Source: a virus (taxonomy: Duplodnaviria; Caudoviricetes). Taken from it: 64,000 bases of DNA. The stretch lies in the IMG/VR virus record IMGVR_UViG_3300036793_000172, positions 26,808-90,807 of that record, one strand, 5' to 3'. Shown one piece after another: positions 9,582 to 19,334 of this stretch. The stretch's first letter is position 1. Every line of letters starts with the position of its first letter. Position numbers and translations under genes: made by a program. The notes under the pieces are model-generated. The model was not told the origin of the DNA and searched no databases. It saw only the letters and a list, made by a program, of their open reading frames with translations.

Positions 9582-10094
9582 TCATCCTCCGATTAGGGCC
9601 ACGCCAGCGATGGGCGAGTCCGTAGTGATCGACAAATTGTTGACGTCCACGTGGCTGACGATGAACTCATCCCACTGGATCAGGTAGTCCGCGCTGAAGA
9701 CGCTCACGGCTGCCGGACGCCTGCCGAGGTTGTGAGTGACGGTCCATACGGTCTGGGCGATCGTCTGCGTGTGCACGTAGCTGCCGCTGCCCCCTCCGCC
9801 GCCCCCAGCGACGATCTGAGCGAACAACGGCATGGGCACGTCCGTAGTGCCCACCACGCGCCCGTAGAGCCGTACAGAGTCATCTGGGCCCAGGAACTCG
9901 GGGATCAGTCCATTGGCCGTGTAGACGGTCGAGTTGGCGATCGCCGTCCCGCTCGGTGTCTGGATGCTGGCGAGGGTGGTGCCCGTGGAGTCGGTGAAGA
10001 TCTGGATCCCGGTGGCGGGTGGGGTCAACACAGGCTCGTACGGCCCCTGCAAAACCAAGGCCGTACGGTCAATCGGGAAGAGATTGCGTGCCAC
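9582..10094 (-). CDS. Structural protein with THNL module
   Basis: 170 aa; YVHTQTIAQTVWTVTHNLG. Confidence 0.7.
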   Translation of the reverse strand: MARNLFPIDRTALVLQGPYEPVLTPPATGIQIFTDSTGTTLASIQTPSGTAIANSTVYTANGLIPEFLGPDDSVRLYGRVVGTTDVPMPLFAQIVAGGGGGGSGSYVHTQTIAQTVWTVTHNLGRRPAAVSVFSADYLIQWDEFIVSHVDVNNLSITTDSPIAGVALIGG

Positions 10095-10103
10095 CCGGCC
10101 TCC

Positions 10104-10967
10104 TTAGTACCAGCGCGCGTAGAAGCGGGGGCGGCCCGGAAGTCCACCGGCGTAACGGGTGGGGCCGTACCGGCCGTACACGCCACCGCCGACCAGGACC
10201 GCTGGCTTGCCGAGGCCCATGTTCCGGATCTTGAAGGTGTCGAGCTGCGACTTCAGCAAATCCTGTTCATCTGCAAGGATTTGTCCCCACCGGTCGAGGT
10301 AGTCGCGCCGGTCGAGGCGGGTCACTTCGCCGCCCATGAACATCGGCTGTTCCACATAGGACCGGCGCAGGTGCTTGAGCACCTCGACGTACAGGGCCTG
10401 TTCGAGGAGAGCGCCCCACATCTGGATCGGGAAGGACGCGCCGCCGTCGCCGTCGATCGTGTACGTCTGGTACGGCTGCGCCCGGGTGTTCAGGATCCCC
10501 ACGGCCACGGTGAGCAGCTGGGAGATCCGGCCCCGGGTGAAGTGCGACTGGAAGTACGTCTGGAGGTTCGGGCCGCCGTTGGGCGAGTCGAACATGTCCG
10601 CGAAGCGGATCCACACACTCTCCACGATCAACTTCATCCCGGGCGCGAGCGCGGCATAGTCGGGGCTGAACGGGCCGATGATGACGAACGACTTCTGGAA
10701 GTCGGCCGTGCCGCTCACCGCGTAGTCCCACTCAAGCTGCATCGGCGAGGTCTGCTCGGTTTCCGCCGAAGTCAGCGTCACCTCGTAGGTGCCCACGTCG
10801 ACCCGCGTCGCGGCCCGGGTGAAGACGACCGCGTTGGTGTCCTCATTGGTCATCGTCACGGTGACCGTGTTGCTGTCCGGATCGCCAGGGACGCCGTGGA
10901 CGTACACGACCATGCCCAGTACGGGGTTGTCGTACTGGTTCACGAAAGTCCGGTCCGGCGGCGTCAT
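10104..10967 (-). CDS. Putative head-to-tail adaptor
   Basis: 287 aa from MTPPDRTF; the track start is extended into the upstream gene. Confidence 0.65.
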   Translation of the reverse strand: MTPPDRTFVNQYDNPVLGMVVYVHGVPGDPDSNTVTVTMTNEDTNAVVFTRAATRVDVGTYEVTLTSAETEQTSPMQLEWDYAVSGTADFQKSFVIIGPFSPDYAALAPGMKLIVESVWIRFADMFDSPNGGPNLQTYFQSHFTRGRISQLLTVAVGILNTRAQPYQTYTIDGDGGASFPIQMWGALLEQALYVEVLKHLRRSYVEQPMFMGGEVTRLDRRDYLDRWGQILADEQDLLKSQLDTFKIRNMGLGKPAVLVGGGVYGRYGPTRYAGGLPGRPRFYARWY

Positions 10968-10971
10968 GGCG

Positions 10972-11649
10972 TCAGACCTCGAAGATGGCGATGAACGGGC
11001 TCCAGATGGCCGACGTGCCGCCACCCTGGCCCGAGCCGACGATGGCCGGGTCCTGGGCGCGGACGCGCAGCTGGAAGTTGACCGACTGCTGGGTCGAGGA
11101 CGCGCCCCGGATGTACCAGTACGCGCCAGCGGTCGGCGGGTTTCCGGCGACGACTCCGTATGACGAGCCGGTGAACCGCTGCTCCATCACCGAGGACGAG
11201 TTCTCGATGAAGTTCAGGGTCACCTGGTTCGCGTGATCGTTGGCCACGTACTGCCAGCGGGTCATCACCAGACACGCCCGGCCGCCGGGGATCATCGCGG
11301 TGACCTGAACCGCGACCGGCGCGGCCGTCCAGTTGACCTGGGTGGCGTTGACCTGGGTGGCGTTGATGGCCGAGGCCAGCAGACCGTAGTTGCCGAACCG
11401 CTGCCACACGCCCGCGACGGACGAGGACGGCTGGTTCCAGATCCACATGATGTTCAGGTCGGCCTGCCACACGAAGCGGCCGTGGTTGACGGCGCTCCAC
11501 CCGGTGGGCAGCGACGCGTAGTTCGCTACGACCTGCACGCCTGGGACGTTGTCCAGCTTGGTGAACGTGTCGCTGAAGTCCGTGGTGGTGAACGGGTCCG
11601 TTCCCACCGGGTTCATCAGCGCGAGGTTGGGGGTCTTGCTCGCTGTCAT
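10972..11649 (-). CDS. Putative structural protein
   Basis: MTASKTPNLALMNP N-terminus typical of virion fibre-like proteins; NATQV tandem duplication. Confidence 0.65.
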   Translation of the reverse strand: MTASKTPNLALMNPVGTDPFTTTDFSDTFTKLDNVPGVQVVANYASLPTGWSAVNHGRFVWQADLNIMWIWNQPSSSVAGVWQRFGNYGLLASAINATQVNATQVNWTAAPVAVQVTAMIPGGRACLVMTRWQYVANDHANQVTLNFIENSSSVMEQRFTGSSYGVVAGNPPTAGAYWYIRGASSTQQSVNFQLRVRAQDPAIVGSGQGGGTSAIWSPFIAIFEV

Positions 11650-11703
11650 CCAACTTCCCTAAGCGTGACGCCCTCACGGGCTGAGTGGTGAGCAGGAGGC
11701 GAA

Positions 11704-11734
11704 CCGGGCAGGGAAGGGAGTAGAACCTGCCCGG
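11704..11734. terminator. Intergenic hairpin
   Basis: CCGGGCAGG / CCTGCCCGG 9-bp inverted repeat. Confidence 0.45.
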
Positions 11735-11759
11735 CTCGCAACCCGTTGCCCTCCGGGAA

Positions 11760-12371
11760 TTACTTACCGGCGGAGGTCTTCTCTTCCTCGGCGTCCTCGC
11801 CCTTCGGCGCGGTCGCCACGTTGCCGTCGGCGTCGGTCGCCGCTGCGCGCTGCTCAGCGGTCATGCCACCCACGACGATCTTGTTGGTCTTCAGGTCGTC
11901 GAGCTTGGCCGCCAGGTCCTTGCGGGCCTCGTCGGCGGTCAGGTTCTCTTCCGGCAGAGTGACGAGGCTGGAATCGACCTCGGTGTCGTTCGGGTCGAGC
12001 GCCCGGGCCGCAAGGGCGAGCGCCTGCGCGCGGCCCACGTCGAACACCGGCGACACCTCGCGGATGTTCTGGTGCGCTGCACCGGCGGTGTCCGAGGTGT
12101 CGAGGGTGCCGTACTGGAAGTGCGGGTTCGGACGGTAGTCCTCGTTCTCCCGGTAGCCGCCGTACTCGACGTAGTCCGACACGTCGGCGTTGACGCCCAG
12201 GCGGGCGAAGTCGCTCTTCTCCTCGGGCTTGTCGGCGTTGGAGTTCACCGCCGGGGCGGTGTCCGTCTTCGACGCCGTGTCGGTGGTCGATGCGGGGGCC
12301 GTGGATGGAGCGGTTTCCGTCTTGGCGGCGGTGGCCGAAGTGTCCTCGGTCTTGGGTGCTGGCTGGGTCAT
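11760..12371 (-). CDS. Hypothetical acidic low-complexity protein
   Basis: 203 aa, AAGGAG SD. Confidence 0.75.
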   Translation of the reverse strand: MTQPAPKTEDTSATAAKTETAPSTAPASTTDTASKTDTAPAVNSNADKPEEKSDFARLGVNADVSDYVEYGGYRENEDYRPNPHFQYGTLDTSDTAGAAHQNIREVSPVFDVGRAQALALAARALDPNDTEVDSSLVTLPEENLTADEARKDLAAKLDDLKTNKIVVGGMTAEQRAAATDADGNVATAPKGEDAEEEKTSAGK

Positions 12372-12432
12372 CGTTCCGAATCTCCTTGTCGTTCCTTGAT
12401 CTCGACCACCGTCGATGCAGGGGCCGACGCGT

Positions 12433-13035
12433 TCAGTTCAGCTCGCGCTCACGGTCGGTTACCCGAACGCGACGCCAGATCACTTCCTGACGGCCGCCGA
12501 TCATGCGGTCTGTGTGCTCAGGGGTGAACTGGCTCTTGAGGTAGACGTGCTTCGGGCACAGCGGCGGGATCTGGTCCTGCTTGGTCGCCTTGACCGACAC
12601 GGGCTCTTCGCACAGGCCCGGGTTCGGTCCGCGCCCGGCGGGGCCGATGCACTTCACCATGAGGGTGTCGTTGTCCTGCGGACGCTCGACCGCCTCGTCG
12701 CTGGCCTTGCGGCGCTGGTCTTCCCGGGCCTGCCACGAGTCGCGGTGCTTGTTGAGGATGGCCTTGATCTCGTCGTCGGCTTCCTCAACCTCGAACACGC
12801 CGCGCGTGAGGGCACGCTGGAACTGGACGTTGTTCAGGACTGGTTCCGGCACGGGCTGCACGTCGAGGCCGTCGGGGTGCCCTGCACCCTCCCAGGTGAC
12901 CTCGCTGCCGCTCTCCTTGTCGGAGAAGACAGTGGGGCCGCTCTGCTTGTTGCGGATCATGGTAAGCGCCATGAGTAGTGTCCCTTCGATCGGTAGTGGT
13001 CCCTTCACTTCTTCGTCCGCCTCTATGGAGGTCAC
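12433..13035 (-). CDS. Hypothetical protein following the capsid gene
   Basis: 200 aa or less (start uncertain); C-terminal C/C/C/H cluster. Confidence 0.7.
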   Translation of the reverse strand: MTSIEADEEVKGPLPIEGTLLMALTMIRNKQSGPTVFSDKESGSEVTWEGAGHPDGLDVQPVPEPVLNNVQFQRALTRGVFEVEEADDEIKAILNKHRDSWQAREDQRRKASDEAVERPQDNDTLMVKCIGPAGRGPNPGLCEEPVSVKATKQDQIPPLCPKHVYLKSQFTPEHTDRMIGGRQEVIWRRVRVTDRERELN

Positions 13036-13047
13036 GACAGGAAGGGG

Positions 13048-13100
13048 TAAAAGAATGCGGCCCCCGACCCATTACGAAAATGGTTCAAGGACCGCATTCT
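13048..13100 (-). terminator. Probable terminator after major capsid gene
   Basis: AGAATGCGG / CCGCATTCT stem followed by a T-run on the minus strand. Confidence 0.45.
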
Positions 13101-13140
13101 AAAATCGTTTCCCAAGGCTAAGCCTTCGAGGCGATGACCC

Positions 13141-14130
13141 CTACGACTTAGAGATGGTTGCAATTCCGCGAGGATTCAAGATCAACATCGACACCATTTC
13201 ATCGAAGACCCAGCCCTTCCAGAACGCGTCCACGTGGTGGTTCTCTTCCACGTCGAGCGAGTAGAGGACGGGGAACACGCCGAGGAAGTTCGGCTCCGGC
13301 GTCAGGAAGATCGTGCCCTGCGGCACGATGATCGAACGCTGGATCTGGAACTCGCCGAACGTCGTGATGGTCTCACCGGCGACGACGCGGTCCTTGAACG
13401 CCCAACCCGTGGTGTTGATGTCCCACCGGAAGAAGTCCCGGTAGTCCATCGGGTTCACGAGCAGACGGGCCGACTGGAGTTCGTGCATGTCGGTCTGGGC
13501 CACGGCCGTGTACAGCGAGGCCGGGGTGAAGTACCCCGATGCCTCGGTGATGGTGTGGTCCGGGGTGACGATGTGGTCCGGCCGAGTCGCGTAGTCGTTG
13601 ACTGCGGACTGGAGCAGGACCATCAGGCGGGAGTCTTCCTGCTTGAGGATCGCCTGCTTGGTCTCGTCCTGGGCCTGCTCAACCGCGTTGATGCGGAGGT
13701 AGAACAGGTCCTCCTTGCGGATCGCTGGCTGCGAGGCGATGCGGAAGAACCGCACCGGAACGCGCTTGCCCTCGAACGGGGTGATGCGAACTTCACCCTC
13801 GTGACCGGACATGATGTACGCCTGGCCGAGGTCGTCCCACACGTCGTACTCGACCGGGGTGCCCGGCGTGACCGGGTCCTCGATGAGCACGTTGCGGGTG
13901 ATGCCCTGGTAGCGCAGCTTCAGCTGGATCGGGCCGATCATGCCGACGCCGAGGCGCTTGATCCCGTTGGTGTCGTCCGACAGGATCAAGGCCATCTTCT
14001 TGACCTTGGCTTCGTGCGTGAGGGCTTGTCCGCCCTCCTTGCGCGCGATGATTCCGGCGACGTAGTCGTCCGACTTCTTCGCGACGCGACCACCGAGGCC
14101 ACCACCTGGGGCGAGAGTCATCTGGCTCAT
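13141..14130 (-). CDS. Major capsid protein
   Basis: 329 aa, HK97-like size; follows scaffold and decoration genes; LRYQGITRNVLIEDP, GWVFDEMVSMLILNPRG. Confidence 0.9.
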   Translation of the reverse strand: MSQMTLAPGGGLGGRVAKKSDDYVAGIIARKEGGQALTHEAKVKKMALILSDDTNGIKRLGVGMIGPIQLKLRYQGITRNVLIEDPVTPGTPVEYDVWDDLGQAYIMSGHEGEVRITPFEGKRVPVRFFRIASQPAIRKEDLFYLRINAVEQAQDETKQAILKQEDSRLMVLLQSAVNDYATRPDHIVTPDHTITEASGYFTPASLYTAVAQTDMHELQSARLLVNPMDYRDFFRWDINTTGWAFKDRVVAGETITTFGEFQIQRSIIVPQGTIFLTPEPNFLGVFPVLYSLDVEENHHVDAFWKGWVFDEMVSMLILNPRGIATISKS

Positions 14131-14156
14131 GTAAGTCTTTTTCCTCTCTCGCTCGA

Positions 14157-14666
14157 TCAGACGGTGCCCTGGAGGCCGCCGACGACGATCTTGGTCGACG
14201 AGACGACCTTGATCAGTCGGGCGACGGGGCGGGTGGAAGCACCGGAAGCACCAGCCGGGACGAGCTTGCCTCGGTTGGCGCCAGTGGTGCTGGCATACAC
14301 CAGCGAAATCGTGCCGTTGGTCGGCTCCACCCAGGTCAGGGTGCTGTCGAACGCCGGAGCGAGGATCTCGAACTCAGCGGACGGGTCAAGCGTCCACACT
14401 GCCATCGCGTTCACACCCTGCTCGGTGATCTCGTCGATGCCGTCGCCGCCGATGTAGTTCGCGCACAGACCATACGGAACGCCCGTACCGTCGAGCAGCG
14501 ACACATTCTCGCCGACCGTCTTCATCATCGCCATGCCCGGGTAAATCTGAACCGAGTAGTCCCACGCTGGATCAAGGAACTGGCTCTTCGGGGTGGCCTG
14601 GGCAAATGCGTAGAGTGGTCGGATCGTCCTCTTGATGTAGGACTTCCCGAGAGGAACTCGAAGCAC
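14157..14666 (-). CDS. Capsid decoration protein
   Basis: 169 aa beta-rich protein immediately upstream of the MCP gene. Confidence 0.7.
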   Translation of the reverse strand: MLRVPLGKSYIKRTIRPLYAFAQATPKSQFLDPAWDYSVQIYPGMAMMKTVGENVSLLDGTGVPYGLCANYIGGDGIDEITEQGVNAMAVWTLDPSAEFEILAPAFDSTLTWVEPTNGTISLVYASTTGANRGKLVPAGASGASTRPVARLIKVVSSTKIVVGGLQGTV

Positions 14667-14810
14667 GTGCAGCCCTCCTTCGGCTAACAGGGGTTGGAGG
14701 GCCCCGTTGCCGGGAAGCGTCCCTCTCCTTCACGCCTTCCGCGCTCTCATCAGGGGTTGAACAGGCTAGAAACCAATTCTGGGAATGACGTTCAGACGCT
14801 GGACGGCGGG

Positions 14811-14857
14811 GCTATACCACACATATGGCCAACACACAGGTTCCCGACGTAAGGTGA
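14811..14857 (+). promoter_or_regulatory. Putative leaderless promoter with 10-codon uORF (MANTQVPDVR)
   Basis: GCTATACCACACATATG; the uORF ends in AAGGTGA, 4 nt before ATG 14862. Confidence 0.4.
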
Positions 14858-14861
14858 CGGC

Positions 14862-15446
14862 ATGCCCCGAGACCTTTCCGTGCAGCGCGAACGTGCCCTC
14901 GGCGATGCTCTGCACCTTTACAACGGTCAAGCATTTGATGGCGCGGTAGAACGGGAGGGTTCCGAGGTAGCTACGCAAGCACTGCTGGGAACCGCAGACG
15001 CCATCTTCCGATGGTTGACTGGGCCAGTCAGTTTCCACATCCGGTTCGGTGAAGTCTTCAAGCAGGACGGCACGCCGACCGGGCGACAAATCGGAGGACA
15101 CCCCATGCAGCTTCACGACGACGAGCAGGTCACCTTGTCCGTTTCGGTGGCCGACGCCAAGGGCGCGGCCATCTCTGACGACCCGTCGACCACGACCGAC
15201 GACCTTCAGTGGTCGGTGGCCGACCAGGGTGTGGCCACCCTTCAGGTAAGCGCGGACACCCGCTCCTGCACCGTGGTCGCGGGCACGGTGGGTTCCACTG
15301 TGGTCACCATTCAGCTGGGTTCGCTCTCGGCCACCGAGGCCATCGACGTGGTCCCGGGCAGCGCGGCGCTGATCACCATCTCGGAGGGCACCCCGGAGCC
15401 GCAGTCTTCGGCCACCCCTCCGGCGTCGGGCACCGCGTCCGTCTGA
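14862..15446 (+). CDS. Ig-like domain protein, with internal in-frame start at 15105
   Basis: C-terminal 113 aa (LQWSVADQGVATLQVSADTRSCTVVAG) Ig-like; GGAGG before Met82; ends at a convergent terminator. Confidence 0.75.
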   Translation: MPRDLSVQRERALGDALHLYNGQAFDGAVEREGSEVATQALLGTADAIFRWLTGPVSFHIRFGEVFKQDGTPTGRQIGGHPMQLHDDEQVTLSVSVADAKGAAISDDPSTTTDDLQWSVADQGVATLQVSADTRSCTVVAGTVGSTVVTIQLGSLSATEAIDVVPGSAALITISEGTPEPQSSATPPASGTASV

Positions 15447-15459
15447 GCCTGAACGGAAG

Positions 15460-15496
15460 AAAGCCCCGGGACCATGGCAGCAGGGTCCCGGGGCTT
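15460..15496. terminator. Bidirectional terminator
   Basis: Perfect 14-bp inverted repeat AAAGCCCCGGGACC / GGTCCCGGGGCTTT between convergent genes. Confidence 0.85.
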
Positions 15497-15510
15497 TCGC
15501 TTGTGCGCGA

Positions 15511-16401
15511 TCAGAGGAAGATGTCCTCGGCGCTTCCGTCGTCCACCACACTGGAGGTGGTCTGGATGCTCTGCATGGACGGTGCCTGGCGGGCACCGGC
15601 CGTACGCGGCACCAGACGCGGGTTGCGCTGGGGGTTCCTCTTGGCCGCCGTGCGGACGTTCTCCAGGGTCGCGATCTCCTGCTCGATCGACTCGGTGGTG
15701 CGCGACGCGTCCTTCTCGATCGACGCGCCGAGCGCGAGGTCCGAGTCGGCGTCGGCGATACCGGCCTGGATCTGCAAGCGCGCCAGGCGGATCGCCGCGA
15801 AGGGACGAGAGGTGTCGTCCTTCTTGGACGAGGTCCGCTGGGCGTTGGCGAAGTCACCCTGGAGCGGGAACGCGGTGTTGGGCACCATCGGGTTGCCCAC
15901 CCGCACGTCGGACTCGGTCTTGACCTCCGAGAGCGGGCGCGGGTTCTGTGTGCCGTCCACCGGCGCGGTCACGTCCACCAGCTCGTGGAACGCGGGTGCG
16001 CCGATGTCCTGGCCCGGGGTGTAGACCGTGGTGGTCGCGTCGGCGGCCACGTCGTTGGTCGATCCCGGCACCAGGCCCGGGGTCTGCACGTTGCCCATGG
16101 CCTCAGGCGCTTCGGCCTCCTGAGTGGACTGTGTCGCCGGGACGGCCGGAGGCTCAGGCACCGGCTGGGCCGGGTTCTGCGCGTCCGCCTGCTTGGTCAT
16201 CGCGGTGACGACCTTGCCCTCGACGCCAGCAAGCTGGCTGAGGTGGCGCAGGCCGAGCCCGAAGCGGTTGATCTGCTCCTGCTGCACCTGGGTCACGTTG
16301 ATCAGTGCGGCGACCCGGGCCGCGAGGCGACCGTTGTCCTCGCGCAACTGGGCAATCTCGTTCTGCTGCTCGGCGAGAGCGGCAATTGCTGGTCGTGCCA
16401 T
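15511..16401 (-). CDS. Scaffolding protein
   Basis: 296 aa; coiled-coil N-terminus; between protease and capsid genes. Confidence 0.7.
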   Translation of the reverse strand: MARPAIAALAEQQNEIAQLREDNGRLAARVAALINVTQVQQEQINRFGLGLRHLSQLAGVEGKVVTAMTKQADAQNPAQPVPEPPAVPATQSTQEAEAPEAMGNVQTPGLVPGSTNDVAADATTTVYTPGQDIGAPAFHELVDVTAPVDGTQNPRPLSEVKTESDVRVGNPMVPNTAFPLQGDFANAQRTSSKKDDTSRPFAAIRLARLQIQAGIADADSDLALGASIEKDASRTTESIEQEIATLENVRTAAKRNPQRNPRLVPRTAGARQAPSMQSIQTTSSVVDDGSAEDIFL

Positions 16402-16444
16402 GGTCTACTCTTCTCCTTCAACCACAATTTTTCTTGTCGTACTG

Positions 16445-19084
16445 TCACTTCTTCTTGGCGAACGGGTTGCTCTTGACAGGCTTCTTCTTGTCGTCGCCCG
16501 CGTCGTCGTCGGTGTCCTTGTCCGGATCCGAGTCGTCGTCCCCGTCGTCATCCGGGTCGGCGAGATCGCGCGGGTCGACCGGGCCCGGGTCGTCCTTGCC
16601 TGGAGGCGCCTGCTCCTCGTCGTCGGGGACGCCGTCACCGTCCTGGTCCTCGTCGCCCTCCGGCGGGGCTCCCTGCTCGCCGTAGGCGCCTTCCGCGTCC
16701 TGAGCGGGCACCAGGACGCCCTTGCCGCACGCCGGGCACACATCACCCTCGGCGGCCTCTCCGCCGCCCTCCATGCCCTCCTGCTGGGTCATGGGGTCGC
16801 TCGACGCCATCGGGTCGGAACCGGCCTGCGGGTCATCGGTGTCGACGGTGGTCGGCTCGGCCCCGCCGAACTCGGTTCCGCAGTTGTCGCACACCAGGTC
16901 CGGCTGCACGTCCATGCCCGGGTCGTTCGGGTCCGGGACGATCGAGTCGTCGTAGTCCTGCTGCTGCTGGCGCAGGTCGATCTGCTTGGCCTTGTCCAGG
17001 TCGGGGTCCTGGAACATCTTCGGTGGCGCGACGAACCCGCACACGGGGCAGGCGTTGCCGTCCCAGGCGTCGTCTTCGCCGCAGACGGGGCAGTTCTCCT
17101 CGCGGAGGGTGTCCACGTCGGCGGGCGCCTTCGTCTCGCCGTAGGCCGTGTGACGGCTCGCCTGGTACCCGGTGCCCGGCTGCCGGTAGTTCATCTCCGG
17201 GAGCTTCTGCTTGCGGAAGTCTTCCCACTTCTGCTCGGAGTTGCTGCGCGACTTCTCGCGGCCGACGTTGAGCTGGTAGTTGGTGCCCTTGCTCTCGGTC
17301 TTCTCCCGCTCGCTCTTCTGGTTCAGCCGCTGCTGCGCCAGCCATGTGACCGCCTGCACCTGGTGCCCCGCGATCGGCTGGCCCTCCTTCTCGGAGATCT
17401 GGCGCGCGGCCTCGTGGTAGTGACTCACCACGTGGTCGTAGTTGCGGCGGTTGAGGGATCCGTCCTTGCGCTTGGTACCGGCCAGCGGTGCCTTCGAGTA
17501 GTCCTCGTCCGACATGCGGTGCCCAGCGGCCACTGACAAGGCGTGCCGGTCGACGACCACGTGCGGCACCGTCGGATCCTTGTCGCCGCCGTGCTCGATC
17601 AGGTGCGCGAAGTCGCGGATCTTGGGTCCAGAGAGCACGTCGTTGTAGTTCGCGCCCTTCAAGACCTTGTCGGCGTTGTTCTTCTGACTCTCCGAGGCGA
17701 GGATGCCGCCGCCCTTGCCGCCGATGCCCTTATGCCCGTCCAGGACTCGCGCGGCGTTGTGCATGTTGGCGACCCACGGCGTCTGCGGCGAGTAGATCGC
17801 GAGCATCCCGGCAGCAAGGTGGTTGTCTCCGTGCGGGTGCCGGAGGTCGTGCGGCTCCTGGGGCTCGGGCTCAGAGAATTCCTTGCCAGCAGACAAAGCC
17901 TTTGACTTGCGCGTCTCGTGCGCTGCGAGCTGGCGGTGGTAGTCGGCGCTCTCGTCGAGCTTCTCCGGACGCACCGGGGCGAGCTTGGAGATGCTCTTCG
18001 CGATGTTGTGCGCGTCCTTGTACCAGGTCTTGCCGGATGCCTTCTCGTCGTCGGTCGCCTGGTTCCACATCTTCACGATGTTGTCGTGGTGCACCGGGTG
18101 CGCCTGGAACCACGGGTGGTCTTCCACCTTGTCGTACTTCGCGGCCTCGGCCTGGAGCGCGGCTTCACGGTGCGCCTCGTGCCAGGTGTGGCCGCAGCCG
18201 AAGCACTCGGCGTTGCCCCGGGTATCGGCGATGGTGTCCTTGCACCGGCAGGCGAGGCACTGCGACGCCTGCACGAACTTCAGCGATGCCCAGCGCGATT
18301 CCGGCGACGGAGCCGGGAGACGGCGCGGCGGCTCGGGAGTAGTCCATTGCGGACCCGGGTCGATCTGGCGTGCAGCTGTCCGGCGGGTCGAAGTCATCGC
18401 GAGATGGTCAAGGCCGGGACCCAGCTCCGGCTTGCCCAGGAAGTACGCGGTCGGATCAGCCGGGGGCTCGACCAAGAGCGAGTTCTCGAAGAACCTCAGC
18501 CCGTAGCAGGTCTCCCGGATCAGGGTGCCGACCTTTCGACCGGAACCCGTTACCCTGTAATGGGTTTTGCCCTTCATTCCGGGCACGTGCGCGCAGTACT
18601 CCAGCGGCGTGGTGGCCTTGCGGTTGCACACCGAGCAGATCGAGTAGGCCACGTCCACGCCCATCGACGTGCGCTCGATATGTCCGAGGATGATCGCCTT
18701 CGCCAGCTTCGGGTATTTGAGCCCGTCGACCTCCATGAGGCCCTCGACCCACGTGTCCGGCGTGCCGTCGGGGTTGCGGTCCTCGTGCAGGGCCGCGTCG
18801 ATGATGAGCCCGCGCATGCGCCGGTGGTCGTCGTTGTGGTGGTTGACGAACACGGGCTTGCCGATGAAGGTGCGATAGCCCTTTGCGATCTCCTCGGCCG
18901 GGAACTCGTCGAAGTTGTCATTGCAACGGGAGCTGATCATCCGCGAGCGGACGTACAGCATCCCGTGCTTCGGGGTGTAGCTGAACTCATGCCGATGGGC
19001 GACGCGGGCGTTGGCCGGAAGCTCCACGCCGGACCCGTCACTCCAGTTGGCGCTCAGGATCTCCGCCGTGGCGAACTTCAGCAC
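16445..19084 (-). CDS. Capsid maturation protease fused to HhH-GPD-like domain and Zn-ribbons
   Basis: N-terminal protease (FIGKPVFVNHHN, TSMG..VAYSICSVC, FFENSLLVEPPADP); central GPK...VVVDRH...QAVTW domain; acidic C-terminus. Confidence 0.85.
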   Translation of the reverse strand: MLKFATAEILSANWSDGSGVELPANARVAHRHEFSYTPKHGMLYVRSRMISSRCNDNFDEFPAEEIAKGYRTFIGKPVFVNHHNDDHRRMRGLIIDAALHEDRNPDGTPDTWVEGLMEVDGLKYPKLAKAIILGHIERTSMGVDVAYSICSVCNRKATTPLEYCAHVPGMKGKTHYRVTGSGRKVGTLIRETCYGLRFFENSLLVEPPADPTAYFLGKPELGPGLDHLAMTSTRRTAARQIDPGPQWTTPEPPRRLPAPSPESRWASLKFVQASQCLACRCKDTIADTRGNAECFGCGHTWHEAHREAALQAEAAKYDKVEDHPWFQAHPVHHDNIVKMWNQATDDEKASGKTWYKDAHNIAKSISKLAPVRPEKLDESADYHRQLAAHETRKSKALSAGKEFSEPEPQEPHDLRHPHGDNHLAAGMLAIYSPQTPWVANMHNAARVLDGHKGIGGKGGGILASESQKNNADKVLKGANYNDVLSGPKIRDFAHLIEHGGDKDPTVPHVVVDRHALSVAAGHRMSDEDYSKAPLAGTKRKDGSLNRRNYDHVVSHYHEAARQISEKEGQPIAGHQVQAVTWLAQQRLNQKSEREKTESKGTNYQLNVGREKSRSNSEQKWEDFRKQKLPEMNYRQPGTGYQASRHTAYGETKAPADVDTLREENCPVCGEDDAWDGNACPVCGFVAPPKMFQDPDLDKAKQIDLRQQQQDYDDSIVPDPNDPGMDVQPDLVCDNCGTEFGGAEPTTVDTDDPQAGSDPMASSDPMTQQEGMEGGGEAAEGDVCPACGKGVLVPAQDAEGAYGEQGAPPEGDEDQDGDGVPDDEEQAPPGKDDPGPVDPRDLADPDDDGDDDSDPDKDTDDDAGDDKKKPVKSNPFAKKK

Positions 19085-19112
19085 CGCTACCTCACCTCAC
19101 ACATGCCGCTGC

Positions 19113-19124
19113 CTCTATCCCTTC
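19113..19124 (-). promoter_or_regulatory. Candidate late-promoter motif GAAGGGATAGAG
   Basis: Exact copy at 36826-36837; both precede head genes. Confidence 0.45.
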
Positions 19125-19151
19125 AATGGGTGTGAAACGCATTCCGACAGT

Positions 19152-19334
19152 TCACTTGAAGGACGTGAGGTAGCCGTCATGCTCTTCCCAATAAACCTTG
19201 TCACGTGTTCCGCGACGGGTTTTGAGGTACCGCCGGATCTCCGTGACGGTGACGCCGGAGAGCAGGCGACGACCGTTGCGGAGGAGGTCGTAACGGTCGT
19301 CGCCCTGACGTTCGAGCATCCAGGTGTCGCTCAT
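19152..19334 (-). CDS. Hypothetical protein
   Basis: 60 aa MSDTWMLER...; ATGA overlap with upstream stop. Confidence 0.65.
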   Translation of the reverse strand: MSDTWMLERQGDDRYDLLRNGRRLLSGVTVTEIRRYLKTRRGTRDKVYWEEHDGYLTSFK

